The position numbers and the translations under genes were made by a program. Positions 9,787 to 20,900 of a stretch of 64,000 nt of DNA are shown one piece after another. The stretch covers positions 8,422-72,421 of the forward strand of contig JAGGSN010000136.1 of NCBI GenBank assembly GCA_021159005.1, written 5' to 3'. The notes below the pieces were generated by a model. That model ran no database searches and was not told the DNA's origin. It was given only the letters and a program-made list of their open reading frames with translations. The stretch is from Candidatus Zixiibacteriota bacterium (lineage in GTDB: Bacteria > Zixibacteria > MSB-5A5 > UBA10806 > 4484-95). The number at the start of each line of letters is the position of its first letter. Position 1 is the first letter of the stretch.

Positions 9787-11019
9787 CTATAACCTCAAAG
9801 CCTCAACGGGATTTAAACGTACCGCTCGTCTGGCAGGGAATAACCCTGCTAAAAATCCAATAGTGCCAATTAGAAGTACAGTTAAAAGCACGTGATTAGC
9901 TGCGATAGCAGGGTTGCCGACATACTCGCCAAGATTTAGTAGTGGAAATGCCGCCTCAAATATTTTCGCGATTATAAATCCGGTTATGCCGCCGATTGTG
10001 GTTATCAGCAAGGATTCCAAAATAATCTGCCCCATGATATAGCCGCGAGTCGAACCCAGCGCCATTTTGATGCCTATTTCCTTTGTCCGCTCCTTGACTA
10101 CCACAAACATGATATTAGCGGTACCGATTCCCCCTACAATCAATGTGAAGATTCCTATTATACCGAGAAATATCTTGAAGCCATCGAAAAACGGCTTGAA
10201 CTGTTTGATGCTTTCATTTGTATCCCATACGTGAAGCGCCTGTTCATCATCAGGATTGAATTTATATTTACCGCCAAGGAATTTGAAAACGTTTTTCTCG
10301 ATAGCTTTCGAGTGGTCGGGATTGGCTACCTGATAAATCATGTTATTGGGAAAGCGCCTATTAAATATCGTTTTGAATGTGCTCGATGGAATAAAGGCTT
10401 TATATACATCACGGCCTCTGTATGAAGAGTTTTGCATCTTTTGTTTCAATACTCCTATCACTAAAAACGGCGTACCTTTTAATACAATATATTTTCCAAC
10501 CGGATTTACGCCCTCGCCGAAAAGGTCATTGCGAATATTCGTGCCCAAGAAGATTACCCGCTTGCGATATTCAAAATCTATTTCATTATAAAATCGCCCG
10601 CCTGCTTCGGGAATAAGATTTCTAACAACGCCAAATTCCGGATAGGTGCCGATTATATTTTGCGATACTGTTTTGCGTCCATAGGTCATCATCCCATAGG
10701 AGGAATATTCGGGGGATGATCGGATAATTTCCGGGATTTCGATTGTTAGCATGTCGATATCGTCATCAATAAAACGTATATTTCTCCCCTTGGGCAAGCC
10801 CTCGTGCGGCATGGATGTTTTGCCCGGCCATACAATAACCAAACCCTCGCCCAGACCGGCAAAAGTCTTACGCTGATGACGGTATAACCCTTCGCCGAAT
10901 GATATAAGGATGATTATCGCTGCTGTGCCCCAGACAATCCCGAAAGTGGTCAGGAATGTGCGAAGCTTTTGCTTCTTTATATCTTCAAGAAATTGCTTGA
11001 GTATTATCAGTAATTTCAA
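9787..11019 (-). CDS. ABC transporter permease, FtsX/MacB family (second paralog)
   Basis: Same architecture as the gene at 8530-9783; ends ..LNPVEALRL. Confidence 0.85.
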   Translation of the reverse strand: MKLLIILKQFLEDIKKQKLRTFLTTFGIVWGTAAIIILISFGEGLYRHQRKTFAGLGEGLVIVWPGKTSMPHEGLPKGRNIRFIDDDIDMLTIEIPEIIRSSPEYSSYGMMTYGRKTVSQNIIGTYPEFGVVRNLIPEAGGRFYNEIDFEYRKRVIFLGTNIRNDLFGEGVNPVGKYIVLKGTPFLVIGVLKQKMQNSSYRGRDVYKAFIPSSTFKTIFNRRFPNNMIYQVANPDHSKAIEKNVFKFLGGKYKFNPDDEQALHVWDTNESIKQFKPFFDGFKIFLGIIGIFTLIVGGIGTANIMFVVVKERTKEIGIKMALGSTRGYIMGQIILESLLITTIGGITGFIIAKIFEAAFPLLNLGEYVGNPAIAANHVLLTVLLIGTIGFLAGLFPARRAVRLNPVEALRL

Positions 11020-12102
11020 TTACTCAATCTCCTTAGGCGGACGCTCAACAACATTGTCTCCAAGAGCAAGTCCTTCGATGATTTCTATATTAAGGCCGTC
11101 GGATAAGCCGATAATAACATCGACCGTATCGATAATCCCAGCTGAATCTTGAACTTCCACAAAGGTTGAATCGCCCTTAAAGGTCAGCAATCGTTCGGGT
11201 ATAACCAGTATGCTGTCCTTCTTATTGATTATCACATCGGCGTTGGCTGAATAGCCGGCGCGAAGAGTTAACTCGCCAATGTCGTTAATTTCTATTTCGA
11301 TATCGAATAGAGTTGTATTATCCTGCTTTCTGGCTTTGGGTGAAATTTTAGATAAACTGCCGATTAGTTTCGCATCCGGCAATGCTCCAACTTTCAATTC
11401 GGCGGTCATGCCCTCGGATAGTTTGCCTACATCGATCTCATCTACGGTGCCTTTAAAAATAAGTTCATCCATTGGCGCCAGCGTTAAAAGCGGCGTGCCA
11501 GCCTGATATGAAGTAAGAGGCACCACCGGGTCGCCTTCATTGACCAGTTTTTCCAAAACCGTGCCGTTAATAGGGGAGACTATTGTATTTTCGCTTTTAC
11601 CGTTGCCGGTTGTTCCTTTTTGAAGGAGTTCGAATTTTTCCTCAGATAACTGAAGCCTTAGTTCGGATTCATGGTATTGAGCTTCGTTAATATCGAATTC
11701 CTCGCGGCTTATAAGGTTTTTTTCATACATTTCTTTATTACGCTGAAAAATCTTTTTAGAGTTATTGTAATCCACTCTTGCCAATTCGAGGTAGCGTTTA
11801 GCCTCGGCATACTCAAGTGGTGTCGGATTTGGAGCTACTGTAAGCAATGGGTCGCCGGCTTTTACATCATGTCCAATATCAACATGAAGAGTTTTGACTA
11901 TACCGGAAATCTTGGATTTGACCTGTATTTCCTGCCGCGGTTCGAGTTGACCGACCGCTAAGGCTTTATCTACAATATTGCCTTTGGCTACTTCAACCAG
12001 CTTGAGGCCGTTTTCTTGGCTGTTTGAATTGCCAAAAATTAAATAAGCTAAGCCCCCGATAACTATAACGATTACAGAAATAATGATAATCTTTTTCATC
12101 AA
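11020..12102 (-). CDS. periplasmic adaptor / membrane fusion protein (HlyD/MacA family)
   Basis: N-terminal transmembrane anchor, coiled-coil region, and lipoyl/beta-barrel motifs. It is the first gene of the four-gene operon MFP-permease-permease-ATPase. Confidence 0.8.
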   Translation of the reverse strand: MMKKIIIISVIVIVIGGLAYLIFGNSNSQENGLKLVEVAKGNIVDKALAVGQLEPRQEIQVKSKISGIVKTLHVDIGHDVKAGDPLLTVAPNPTPLEYAEAKRYLELARVDYNNSKKIFQRNKEMYEKNLISREEFDINEAQYHESELRLQLSEEKFELLQKGTTGNGKSENTIVSPINGTVLEKLVNEGDPVVPLTSYQAGTPLLTLAPMDELIFKGTVDEIDVGKLSEGMTAELKVGALPDAKLIGSLSKISPKARKQDNTTLFDIEIEINDIGELTLRAGYSANADVIINKKDSILVIPERLLTFKGDSTFVEVQDSAGIIDTVDVIIGLSDGLNIEIIEGLALGDNVVERPPKEIE

Positions 12103-12290
12103 AGTACTCCCTTTAATTATCTCAATTTGTCTGCATGGTAATATTACGGAAAAAGATAATACAAGTTTCGGATTATTATAAATTGATTTTTATAAAGAGG
12201 TGTCGGTTTTCTTCCTCGCTACCACGGCGAAGAACCCGACCGATTGTTAATACAAGGTAATATTGAAATTATTTTCAACACCATGGGAAT

Positions 12291-12314
12291 AGTCGGGACT
12301 GGAAAGTCCCGACT
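12291..12314 (-). terminator. perfect hairpin AGTCGGGACT-ggaa-AGTCCCGACT, about 16 bp downstream of the stop of the giant gene at 12330
   Basis: A 10-bp perfect stem in the GTCGG hairpin family. No U-tract follows. Confidence 0.45.
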
Positions 12315-12329
12315 ATTAAATATCAATAT

Positions 12330-15300
12330 TTATTTGGTTGAGCCGGCGGGGATAATCTTGCCCATAACCGGCGGAGTTTCACAATTCGGCCAACCAGTGG
12401 GAGGATCAACTGGAGGAGGATCGAAAGCCGGGTCTACAGGATGCCACAAAGGTAGGTAATCAGCACACCACGATATTGCCTGCGCACCCCTGAAATAGCC
12501 TACAAGCTTGATCACATCGCTGCCCATTACTATGCAGTCGCCATTAGCATCTGCCCCAGCCCAGAAGTATGGATTGCCAGCCGCTGGGTTATACATCAAA
12601 CATGGAACCGAAGTAGGCGAACCCTTAAAGTAGTTAACCAAGAAAGTAACATCACCGCCGATTACTCTCGGTATCCACAGACCCAATGACTGGTTGACGT
12701 CGCCAGCCATATAATAATAACCTGCTGCCACTCCGCATGGCGGGTCAAGGTCGGCGCATAGAGTGTTTGCGGTAAAGCGGTTTTCTGTTGGGCAGTCCGC
12801 TTCAAGAATGTCGTCAACGCAATCGCCCGTTTCATTATCACAACAGGAACCGACAACAGGCGCTTCACATGGCGGGTCGAGATCTATACATAGAGTGTTT
12901 GCGGTAAAGCGACTTTCTGCCGGGCAGTCCGCTTCAAGAACGTCATCAACGCAATCACCCGTTTCGTCATTACAGCAAGAACCTCTAACAGGCGCCTCGC
13001 ATGGCGGGTCGAGATCGATACATAGAGTATTTGCGGTAAAACGGCTTTCTGTCGGGCAGTCCGCTTCAAGAACGCTGTCAACGCAATCACCCGTTTCGTC
13101 ATCACAGCAAGAACCCAAAATTGTTCCTGTTGAAACAGTGAAATGAATCGGAATGTTTGCAGAAGGAATATCTCTATCATTTGACTGCAGATAAAGCATG
13201 CCTTCATATATGCCTTCTTCCAATTCGGTCGCATCGCATGTTACTGTTACCGTATCTGAAGTATGAGGAGCTACTTGAGAGCTGGATTTGTTAATCCAGA
13301 GCCAGTTGCTTGAAATGAAGTTAATAGCCAAACCGGATGTTATATAAGGCTGATTGTAGCAAACCATAAGACCGTCGGTGCCATCGCTGTTTTCTATTCC
13401 GACTGTTGCCTGGTTAACATCGGGTCCGGATGATTCGGAATATTGATAGACTATTTTGCCTGAACTTAGTAAAATGATTTCAAAAGTAAAGGAACCATCG
13501 TCATGATAATGAGGAACATCCACATAAGAAATAACGCAGCTATCTGAATTATTCGTGTAGAAATAAGCATTGCCACCTGAATTAAAATTAAGGTCATCCC
13601 AGTAAACTGCTAACATATTGTTTGGCGTTGAAATATTAGGGATAGTGCCGTTTTCATAGGTAGTGCTAGTGCTTGAGAAGGAAACATAACCATTCGAGTT
13701 AACATAAAATGAATTGTAATCAGTGCCGTAATAGTTGAAAGTAAAGCCAATTGAATATGGTCCTGCCATTGTTTCATCGCCCATGCCGGGAATAAGCGAA
13801 CCATGAGTAGTTATATCAACCCAATTGTAGACCGGTCCGCCAGGTTCATTCGAATCTTCCCAAGTGTAGCCGTATGTGTCAGGACCGCCGCTGTCAAGTG
13901 TAAGCGGTGGGTTCACAGGTTTAATACCATGCTTCTTTGCGCCTACCGAAGTGTGCTTTATTTCGGCTGCAGGCACAGGTTTAAGGGTATTTGTCCGGTT
14001 AGTCGTTAAAGAACTAAACATATCCGAGGCTACCGAGTAATGCAAATATCCATCGCCATCATTGTTGATGATTAGGTAATCTTCAACCTGCTGGCCGGGT
14101 TCACAATATGGATTAAATACGCTGGGTGAATAAGACATATCAGGCAGAGCTCCTAAACCAACAGCCGTTGTTATCTTGATAGCAAGTCCGGCTTGCAAAA
14201 CAGTGGCGCCCGGATGATAAGTATTGTCGTATTCATACTGGATACCGTCATTCTGATCCCAGTTTTCAAAACCAACCGAGGAATATGATTCGGGGTGAGT
14301 TGAACTGCTGCTGTAGTCATCGTTATTGACTACATTATATTGGAATACAATCTCGCAATCGCCAGTGGGAGTAGGATGCATTGCCGGATCATAAATAATC
14401 ATCTCGAATGTTTGGGACGAGCCGGTTCTCGAATGAGTCATTTCGCTCCATTCAATTATAAACCAGCCATTGGCAGCATCATGATAGGCAAATACTCCCG
14501 CGTGAGAATTGTGTTCATCGTAAACTAAGTCATCCCAAAACGGCGAGATTTGCGCTCTGGCGTTGCCGGGATCAGGTATCGGCCAGTTTTCCCAGTTGTA
14601 CCAGTATGTACCGTTAACATCAAAGGAGTTGGTATCGAAAGCGACAAAGCCGTTTGTGCAGACAATCATGTGTGTGTAATTTTCACCATAATATTGACAT
14701 GTAAACGGCAGTGTATATAAAACAGAGACATCATCAGTATCGGGCATTGCTACTCGGTTTAAGGAACTGTTAATTTCGATCCAGTTATATACAGGCGCTG
14801 GCAAGAAAGATATATCTGTGTTGTCATATACATAGTAGCCGTAATCATCAGGTCCGGAGGGGTCAAACGAATTAATTGTGCCGATAACCTGTGAAAAAGA
14901 AGCTTCAAAAAGGATATCATCCATGTCAATCATATCAGCTGTGAAATTAATGGTGAAATTCACATTGCGGCCATTGAAAGCGCTGTCGTTGACTGTTATA
15001 TTAAATGGCGTTGTAGCATTTTGACCGGTGCCGCCTATATCGACATTACCGAAATTGCCGGTATTGCTGTTTATCGTGATGTAGGAGTCTAAGCATGATA
15101 GTACGCCGGTGATATTTTCGCCGGCTAAGCCGCCTGCATTCTGGAAGAACAGAACCATATCGGAAGTGCCGCCCGGGTCGAGCTGGTTGTTGGGGTCCCC
15201 GGGATAACTAACATTAACAGATATCGGTTTGATGGAATTAATTTCCAAAGCAACAACAGCATCCCAATCAGCTTCATTGGCGTCGATTGATAAATCAAGC

Positions 15301-17648
15301 AGAATAACTTCGCCATGCGGTATATTACCGTCAAGCTCGACAATAAATTGTCCGTTGGCAAAAGCGCTGCTGCCGCTGGCGATATTCGGATAAGTTTGAT
15401 GAGATGTTGTTACCGTTGCTCTTGAGTCGCTTGATGATAAATCTGCGGTGATGCCTGTGGCATTTTGCGATGAGCCATAATTGTGAAGCCTTACATTAAT
15501 GCCAAGGATTTCGCCCGGATTGGCATTGCCGTCGCTGTTGCCATCCGAACCGCCGCTGTTATCGTCATCAATAGCAGTGCTGTCGGCGCCAAGAGCCACA
15601 GTCTGCGCTGTTGATAGGCATTGACCTATATGAGGAATATAATCACGAGCCGTTACAGTTACGAAAATAGTGTCATCATCAGTGTTATCGAAATGCAAAG
15701 TAACATTGCCCGAGGCGTCTGTCCAGTCGCCAGCATAAATCTCTTCGCTTGGCTCATAACCTTTGACTAAATTGACATAAGCGTTTTCCAATGGAAAGCC
15801 GCCGTCGGTTGCGTTTACAGTAAGGAAATTCGTGCCAACCGGAATACTTGACGGGTAGGTTACTGTCATAGATTGAGGGATTTCTGTCCTTACGGATAAA
15901 GCTGGGTCTCCTAAAGAATTATAGGTATTGAAATATTTTTCAACGTATCCTTCTTCTCCGGTAAAACGAGGGAATGTATTAAAAACGCCCATTTTCCCCA
16001 TGACTACCAATTGGGCAAAATGATACATATCCTGCTCGAATAGCGCCCAGAAGAAGCCTGTCAAATTCGGGTTGTTCCAGGCAGTATGAGTGCCCGGATC
16101 GGTGCTGCCATAGAAACTCACGCCGCCCCTTGGTATTGTCGGTGTACCGGCGCGCAGCCAGGCTTCACCGAAACAATCAGAGGAACCAAAACTGCCCGTA
16201 CCGCATACGACAGATACCATAATGCCTGCAATTGTCGTATCATTTCTCAAAGAATAAATATCTGAAGTATGATAAGATGGGTTATACCAGCCGCTTGGTC
16301 CAGCCCAACCGCGATAGGATACATAGGAAACGCCATTATTTATAGCGGTATTGATTGTACTCCAATTAGGGCATCCACTGCCCCAATCGAAAACTGTATC
16401 GACCTGAGTGTAGCCGTGATCCATAGCTAATTCGCGAACCCAGAGATTCGCCAGTCGAGGGGAAGTAGCATAGATATTTCCAGCTACACCTAAACCGCGT
16501 TTCCACCAGCCTGGATGAGTTACATTTGGAGTTTGTTCATACTTTAGAATCTTGTTAATAACTGTTCTCAACTCTGTCATGTCATCAACAGCCATTCTCG
16601 CAACCAGAATATCGGAGATGAAATCATCGCCATCCATTAACGAATATGGATGATCCGAAGCATAGCTGCCATAACCATAATCGGGAATATCATTCTCCGC
16701 ATCGCCGACGATTAGAACATATTCGGGAGGGATATCCCAGGTGTTGTAGGCGTTTTGAATATAATTGAAAATTTGCGTTGTTGTAGGGGAGCCGCCCGGA
16801 TTAATATCCGATTCAGTTGCCACAACAGTAGAATAGCCCTTAAGATGTTTCCATCTGCCAAAAACAGCGATAGTATCGTCAAAATTGTAATTTTCAGGCG
16901 TTAAAATTAAGTAGCCGCCCCTGATAACATTATAATCACTTAACACCTCTTCAGCGTTTGCAAATATGTTCTTATAGATAGGTAAAAACGCTTCCGAGAT
17001 ATTGTCATCACGCCTTATTTTAACATTTCTATCATCAAGCCCTTCATACACAAGCTCATATTCGATGCTTGTATAAACTCTCATTTCCCTTGTAACCGGA
17101 TTATATTGAACAGGGTAAACAATAGTATTAACAAAACGGAAATCTCTTATAATCATCGGTTCGCTGATTTCAACAAGTTCGCCAGGGTAGAATTCATCTT
17201 GCGAGTATCCCGCCATGTTCTTTGTAAACGGAACCAATTCATCGCTTCCCTCAACAGTGAATGGCTGTAGGGGAGCGATATCAACATCACTAATCGTTTG
17301 ATATTCCGATGAAATAATATTTACACTGACACCCGACCTGTCGGGGATAATAATGCATTCTGAATATAGGGGCAAATCAGGCATACCCTCTTCACCTATA
17401 CAACCAAATTGTTTCGGATTAGCCGCTAGTATTCCAAGACTGGTATATCCGGGTTGTGCCAAATTGGCATCTTCCATTTCAACCCCGCCTAATTGGAATG
17501 CTGCAGCCGTAGCTGAGTTCGTAGAATAAATTACCCGAGAATTTTCGATGCTCTCATAATCAGCCTCGAAAACTATCTCGTTTCCTGCCTGAACCAGACT
17601 AAATACGGCTAACAGCATGCATGCAATCAGTAATGCTTCTTTTCGCAT
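12330..17648 (-). CDS. giant (1772 aa) secreted protein with a gingipain-like peptidase C25 domain, duplicated beta-rich modules, Cys-rich tandem repeats, and a dockerin-like C-terminal domain (subtype A, ..PPTGWPNCE..)
   Basis: Signal peptide MRKEALLIACMLLAVFSLVQA. The block YVLIVGDAENDIP...SDHPYSLMDGDDFISDILVARMAVDDMTELRTVINKILKYE matches the gingipain-type arrangement IIGD..DIP..SD..Y.......R....EL...I...YE, and the Cys-containing block MVSVVCGTGSF is present. A domain pair with NW[IV][ED]I..YG motifs is duplicated. The C-terminus carries the two dockerin loops GDVNQSLGLWIPRVIGGDVTFLVNYFKG and ADANGDCIVMGSDVIKLVGYFRG. Confidence 0.8.
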   Translation of the reverse strand: MRKEALLIACMLLAVFSLVQAGNEIVFEADYESIENSRVIYSTNSATAAAFQLGGVEMEDANLAQPGYTSLGILAANPKQFGCIGEEGMPDLPLYSECIIIPDRSGVSVNIISSEYQTISDVDIAPLQPFTVEGSDELVPFTKNMAGYSQDEFYPGELVEISEPMIIRDFRFVNTIVYPVQYNPVTREMRVYTSIEYELVYEGLDDRNVKIRRDDNISEAFLPIYKNIFANAEEVLSDYNVIRGGYLILTPENYNFDDTIAVFGRWKHLKGYSTVVATESDINPGGSPTTTQIFNYIQNAYNTWDIPPEYVLIVGDAENDIPDYGYGSYASDHPYSLMDGDDFISDILVARMAVDDMTELRTVINKILKYEQTPNVTHPGWWKRGLGVAGNIYATSPRLANLWVRELAMDHGYTQVDTVFDWGSGCPNWSTINTAINNGVSYVSYRGWAGPSGWYNPSYHTSDIYSLRNDTTIAGIMVSVVCGTGSFGSSDCFGEAWLRAGTPTIPRGGVSFYGSTDPGTHTAWNNPNLTGFFWALFEQDMYHFAQLVVMGKMGVFNTFPRFTGEEGYVEKYFNTYNSLGDPALSVRTEIPQSMTVTYPSSIPVGTNFLTVNATDGGFPLENAYVNLVKGYEPSEEIYAGDWTDASGNVTLHFDNTDDDTIFVTVTARDYIPHIGQCLSTAQTVALGADSTAIDDDNSGGSDGNSDGNANPGEILGINVRLHNYGSSQNATGITADLSSSDSRATVTTSHQTYPNIASGSSAFANGQFIVELDGNIPHGEVILLDLSIDANEADWDAVVALEINSIKPISVNVSYPGDPNNQLDPGGTSDMVLFFQNAGGLAGENITGVLSCLDSYITINSNTGNFGNVDIGGTGQNATTPFNITVNDSAFNGRNVNFTINFTADMIDMDDILFEASFSQVIGTINSFDPSGPDDYGYYVYDNTDISFLPAPVYNWIEINSSLNRVAMPDTDDVSVLYTLPFTCQYYGENYTHMIVCTNGFVAFDTNSFDVNGTYWYNWENWPIPDPGNARAQISPFWDDLVYDEHNSHAGVFAYHDAANGWFIIEWSEMTHSRTGSSQTFEMIIYDPAMHPTPTGDCEIVFQYNVVNNDDYSSSSTHPESYSSVGFENWDQNDGIQYEYDNTYHPGATVLQAGLAIKITTAVGLGALPDMSYSPSVFNPYCEPGQQVEDYLIINNDGDGYLHYSVASDMFSSLTTNRTNTLKPVPAAEIKHTSVGAKKHGIKPVNPPLTLDSGGPDTYGYTWEDSNEPGGPVYNWVDITTHGSLIPGMGDETMAGPYSIGFTFNYYGTDYNSFYVNSNGYVSFSSTSTTYENGTIPNISTPNNMLAVYWDDLNFNSGGNAYFYTNNSDSCVISYVDVPHYHDDGSFTFEIILLSSGKIVYQYSESSGPDVNQATVGIENSDGTDGLMVCYNQPYITSGLAINFISSNWLWINKSSSQVAPHTSDTVTVTCDATELEEGIYEGMLYLQSNDRDIPSANIPIHFTVSTGTILGSCCDDETGDCVDSVLEADCPTESRFTANTLCIDLDPPCEAPVRGSCCNDETGDCVDDVLEADCPAESRFTANTLCIDLDPPCEAPVVGSCCDNETGDCVDDILEADCPTENRFTANTLCADLDPPCGVAAGYYYMAGDVNQSLGLWIPRVIGGDVTFLVNYFKGSPTSVPCLMYNPAAGNPYFWAGADANGDCIVMGSDVIKLVGYFRGAQAISWCADYLPLWHPVDPAFDPPPVDPPTGWPNCETPPVMGKIIPAGSTK
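12732..13120. repeat. three tandem ~132-bp coding repeats inside the giant gene, each encoding a 44-aa Cys-rich module GSCC.DETGDCVD.VLEADCP.E.RFTANTLC.DLDPPCEAPV
   Basis: Near-identical DNA copies can be seen directly. The plus-strand ORF 12763-13146 in the ORF track is the opposite-strand echo of this repeat. Confidence 0.85.
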
Positions 17649-17887
17649 AAGTACTCCTGTTTAAATTAATAGCAACAAGTTTCATCCTTCTCCAAAAACG
17701 CCCCTAAATCCCCTTATGACTTATGCGTATACCCCGAAATATTCAGTTTTTATTTACTTAATAACTACCTTATCGCTTTAAAAACGATGTTCTGGTAAAA
17801 GTCTGAGTTAAACAATAAACAGACATTTGATTAAACTACTCTCACTGAAGTTCACAAATGAAGTTTAATAATTTATAGTATCTGAAT

Positions 17888-17915
17888 AATATTTGAGATT
17901 ATTGTCTCAAATATT
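17888..17915. promoter_or_regulatory. perfect 11-bp inverted repeat AATATTTGAGA-(6)-TCTCAAATATT, about 250 bp upstream of the start of the giant gene (17648)
   Basis: Read directly in the sequence: ..gaataatatttgagattattgtctcaaatattcac... It lies in the AT-rich intergenic region between the two paralogs and is a candidate operator. Confidence 0.35.
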
Positions 17916-17991
17916 CACAACAGATGTTTTTCGAATAGCCTCCTTCCCTTAGGAAATTATTTAATATCAATAATCCAAATAAGATTTAATT

Positions 17992-20900
17992 CTATCTTGA
18001 ACTTCCTTTAATAGTTCTCGACTTCCTTATAACGTCTTTGCCGGAACGTAATCTATCCGGCGGCGGAGTTTGAGGACACCATAATAGTTCAGAGTTAATG
18101 GATCTGAAATATGAAATAAGATATGATATATCGGAACCCAAAACCTCGCAGCTGCCATTAACATCAGCGGCGGCATAAAGCCAAGCATTAACAGCATCAT
18201 TCCAACAGCTATCAGGCGGATTAGCACCAATATCTCTGAAAAAGCGCATGCCGTAAGTGGCATCAGCTTCAGTAACATCGCCATCGCCATTGAAATCGCC
18301 CGGCACATAATCGCAAACGCCCGGAATGAAAACGTTAAATATCAGCGGCAAATCAAGCGATGGATAATCGATGTCGTTTGTTGTAATATGAAGTATGCCT
18401 TCATAGATGTTTTCTTCAAGGTCGGAAGCATCACAGGTAATGGCTATGGTATCGACGCTGTAAGGTTCGAGAGTATTGCTGGTTGGATTAACAGACAGCC
18501 ATCTGATAGCAGAGCTAAATTCTATCGCTAAACCGGGTTGAACATAAGCGGCATTATAACAAACCTGAAGGCCGTCATTGCCGGTAGCATTTTCGATGCC
18601 GATGGTTTCCTCATTGACATTTGAACCGGTAGCTTCCTGATACTGGAATATTATTTTGCCTGATCTCAGCAAAATAATCTCGAAAGTGAAAGAGCCGTCA
18701 TTAGAATAATGCGGCACTCCTACATAAGAGATGATGCATGTATCGACGCCGTTATTGTAGCGATAAGCATTGCCCCCGCTGGAAAAATTCATATCATCCC
18801 AGTAAACCGCCAGAATATCGTTTGGCGTTGAAGTATTAGGAATAGTTCCATTATTGTAAGTTGTGCTTGTGTTTGAAAAAGCAGCATAGCCATTAGAATT
18901 AACCCAGAATGAATTGCAATCATTGCCATAATAACTAAAGGCAAACCCGATGGAATAGGGCCCCACCATTGATTCATCGCCAAGACCGGTGATGGGTGTG
19001 CCAATAGAGCTAATATCAATCCAGTTATAGACAGGACCGCCAGGCTCGTCAGAGTCTATCCATGTGTAGCCGAAATTATCCGGTCCGCCGCTGTCTAAGA
19101 CAACAGGTGGATTATAGGGTCCGTTAAAAACATCTGATTTTGATTCGAGAACAGCCGGCGCTGGCGCAGGTTCTGCTTGATGAGCTATTTCAGCCGGCTT
19201 AGTTCCGCTTATAAACAAGTTGTCAATCATCTCCGGCGCTATCGCATATAAAAGATAACCGGCGCCGTTATTTTCGATAATTAATTCAGTCTCGACAATC
19301 TCGCCAGGCTGACAAGCTAAATCAAAGCTTTCCGGGCTGTAGTCCATATCAGGAGGCGCAGCCAATCCGGAAACAGCGGTGGTTATTTTTATAGCTAAAC
19401 CATCTTGAAGAATTGCCGCGCCGGGATGATATACATTATCGTATTGATACTCAAGGCCATCGTCTTCGTCCCAGTTTTCAAAACCAACCGATGAATAGGC
19501 TTCCGGGTGAGAAGAACTGTTGTTGTTGTCATCATTGTTAATGACATTATACTGGAATACAATCTCACAGTCGCCGGTTGGAGTCGGGTGCATTAATGCG
19601 TCATAGATGATTATCTGGAATGTTTCCGGCGAGCCGGTTCTTGAATGAATAAAACCGCTCCATTCGATTATAAACATTCCATTGGCGGTATCATGGTATT
19701 TGTAAATTCCATTAATGCTTCCGCTTGATTCCATGTCATCCCAGAATGGTGAAATCTGTCCGCAAGCATTGCCGGGATCGGGTATCGGCCAGTTGTCCCA
19801 GTTGTGCCAGTAGCTGCCGGCTCTGTCATACGGAAGCGTATCTAAGGCGATAAAGCCATTAGTGGATACAATTATTTTACGGGTAATCTCACCGTAGTAT
19901 TTGAAATCGAAAGGCAGACTGACTATTGTTGAGGCGTCGTCATTATTAGGCATGGTTATTCTTGTGCCGCTTCCGCCATATTGCGGATTTATCTCAATCC
20001 AGTCGTATATGGGAGCCTCGGAGAATCCCATATCAGTGTTGTCATACATATAATAGCCGTAATTATCCGGTCCAATCGGGTCATAGGAACTGATAGAACC
20101 GATAACTATGGAGAATGTTTTTTCGAATAATACATCATCCATATCAGACATATCTGATGTAAAAGCAACGGTGAAATTGATATTCCTGCCGTTGAACGCC
20201 CCCGTATTCACAGAAATATTAAACGGCGTCGAGCTATTATCTCCCGACTGGTTAATATCAATATCGCCAAATTGCCCGGTGGCATTGTTAATGGTAACGT
20301 AATTATCCTCACAGCTAAGCGCGCCTGTAATCTGCTCGCCGTCAAGACCGCCAACATTGGTGAATGATAATACTATATTCGATGTTTCGCCCGGGTCTAT
20401 GCGGTTATTGGGATTGCCGGGATAGCTTACCTCAACCGAGACGGGCTTTATCGAGTTTATATCAAGAACGACCACAGCCTCCCAGTCGCCTTCATTTGAA
20501 GTAACTGCCAGATTAAGCAGGATAGTTTCGCCATGAGGGATATCCTGGTCAAGCTCGACAATAAACAGTCCATCAGGCAAAGCGCTTTGACCGTGATTGA
20601 TATTCGGATATGTCTGATCACCTGTTATAATAGAAACAGCCGGGTTATCGGATGTCAACGATGCGTTGATTCCGGTAGCATTAACCGAGGTGCCGAAATT
20701 CTTAAGTCTTATATCAAGACCAAGTGTTTCGCCGGGATTAGCTTTGCCGTCATTATTGCCGTTAGTGCCGCCGGCATCGCTATCATCGATAATTAAGCTG
20801 TCGGTTCCAAGAGCGACAGTTTGCGAAATTGACAAACAATGCCCCATATGCGGAATATAATCCCGCGCCGTAGCGGTAACGAAAATCGTATCGGCGGAAG

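Noticed and set aside
12732-13120. Possible CRISPR-like array because of the regular ~130-bp periodicity
   Set aside because: The units are contiguous with no unique spacers. They lie inside one long ORF and encode a Cys-rich protein module. No cas genes are present in the window.
12763-13146. 127-aa plus-strand ORF with a striking internal triple repeat (MFAVKRFSVGQSASR...)
   Set aside because: It is the antisense reading of the 132-bp tandem coding repeat inside the giant minus-strand gene. The periodicity is inherited from that repeat, so it is not an independent gene.
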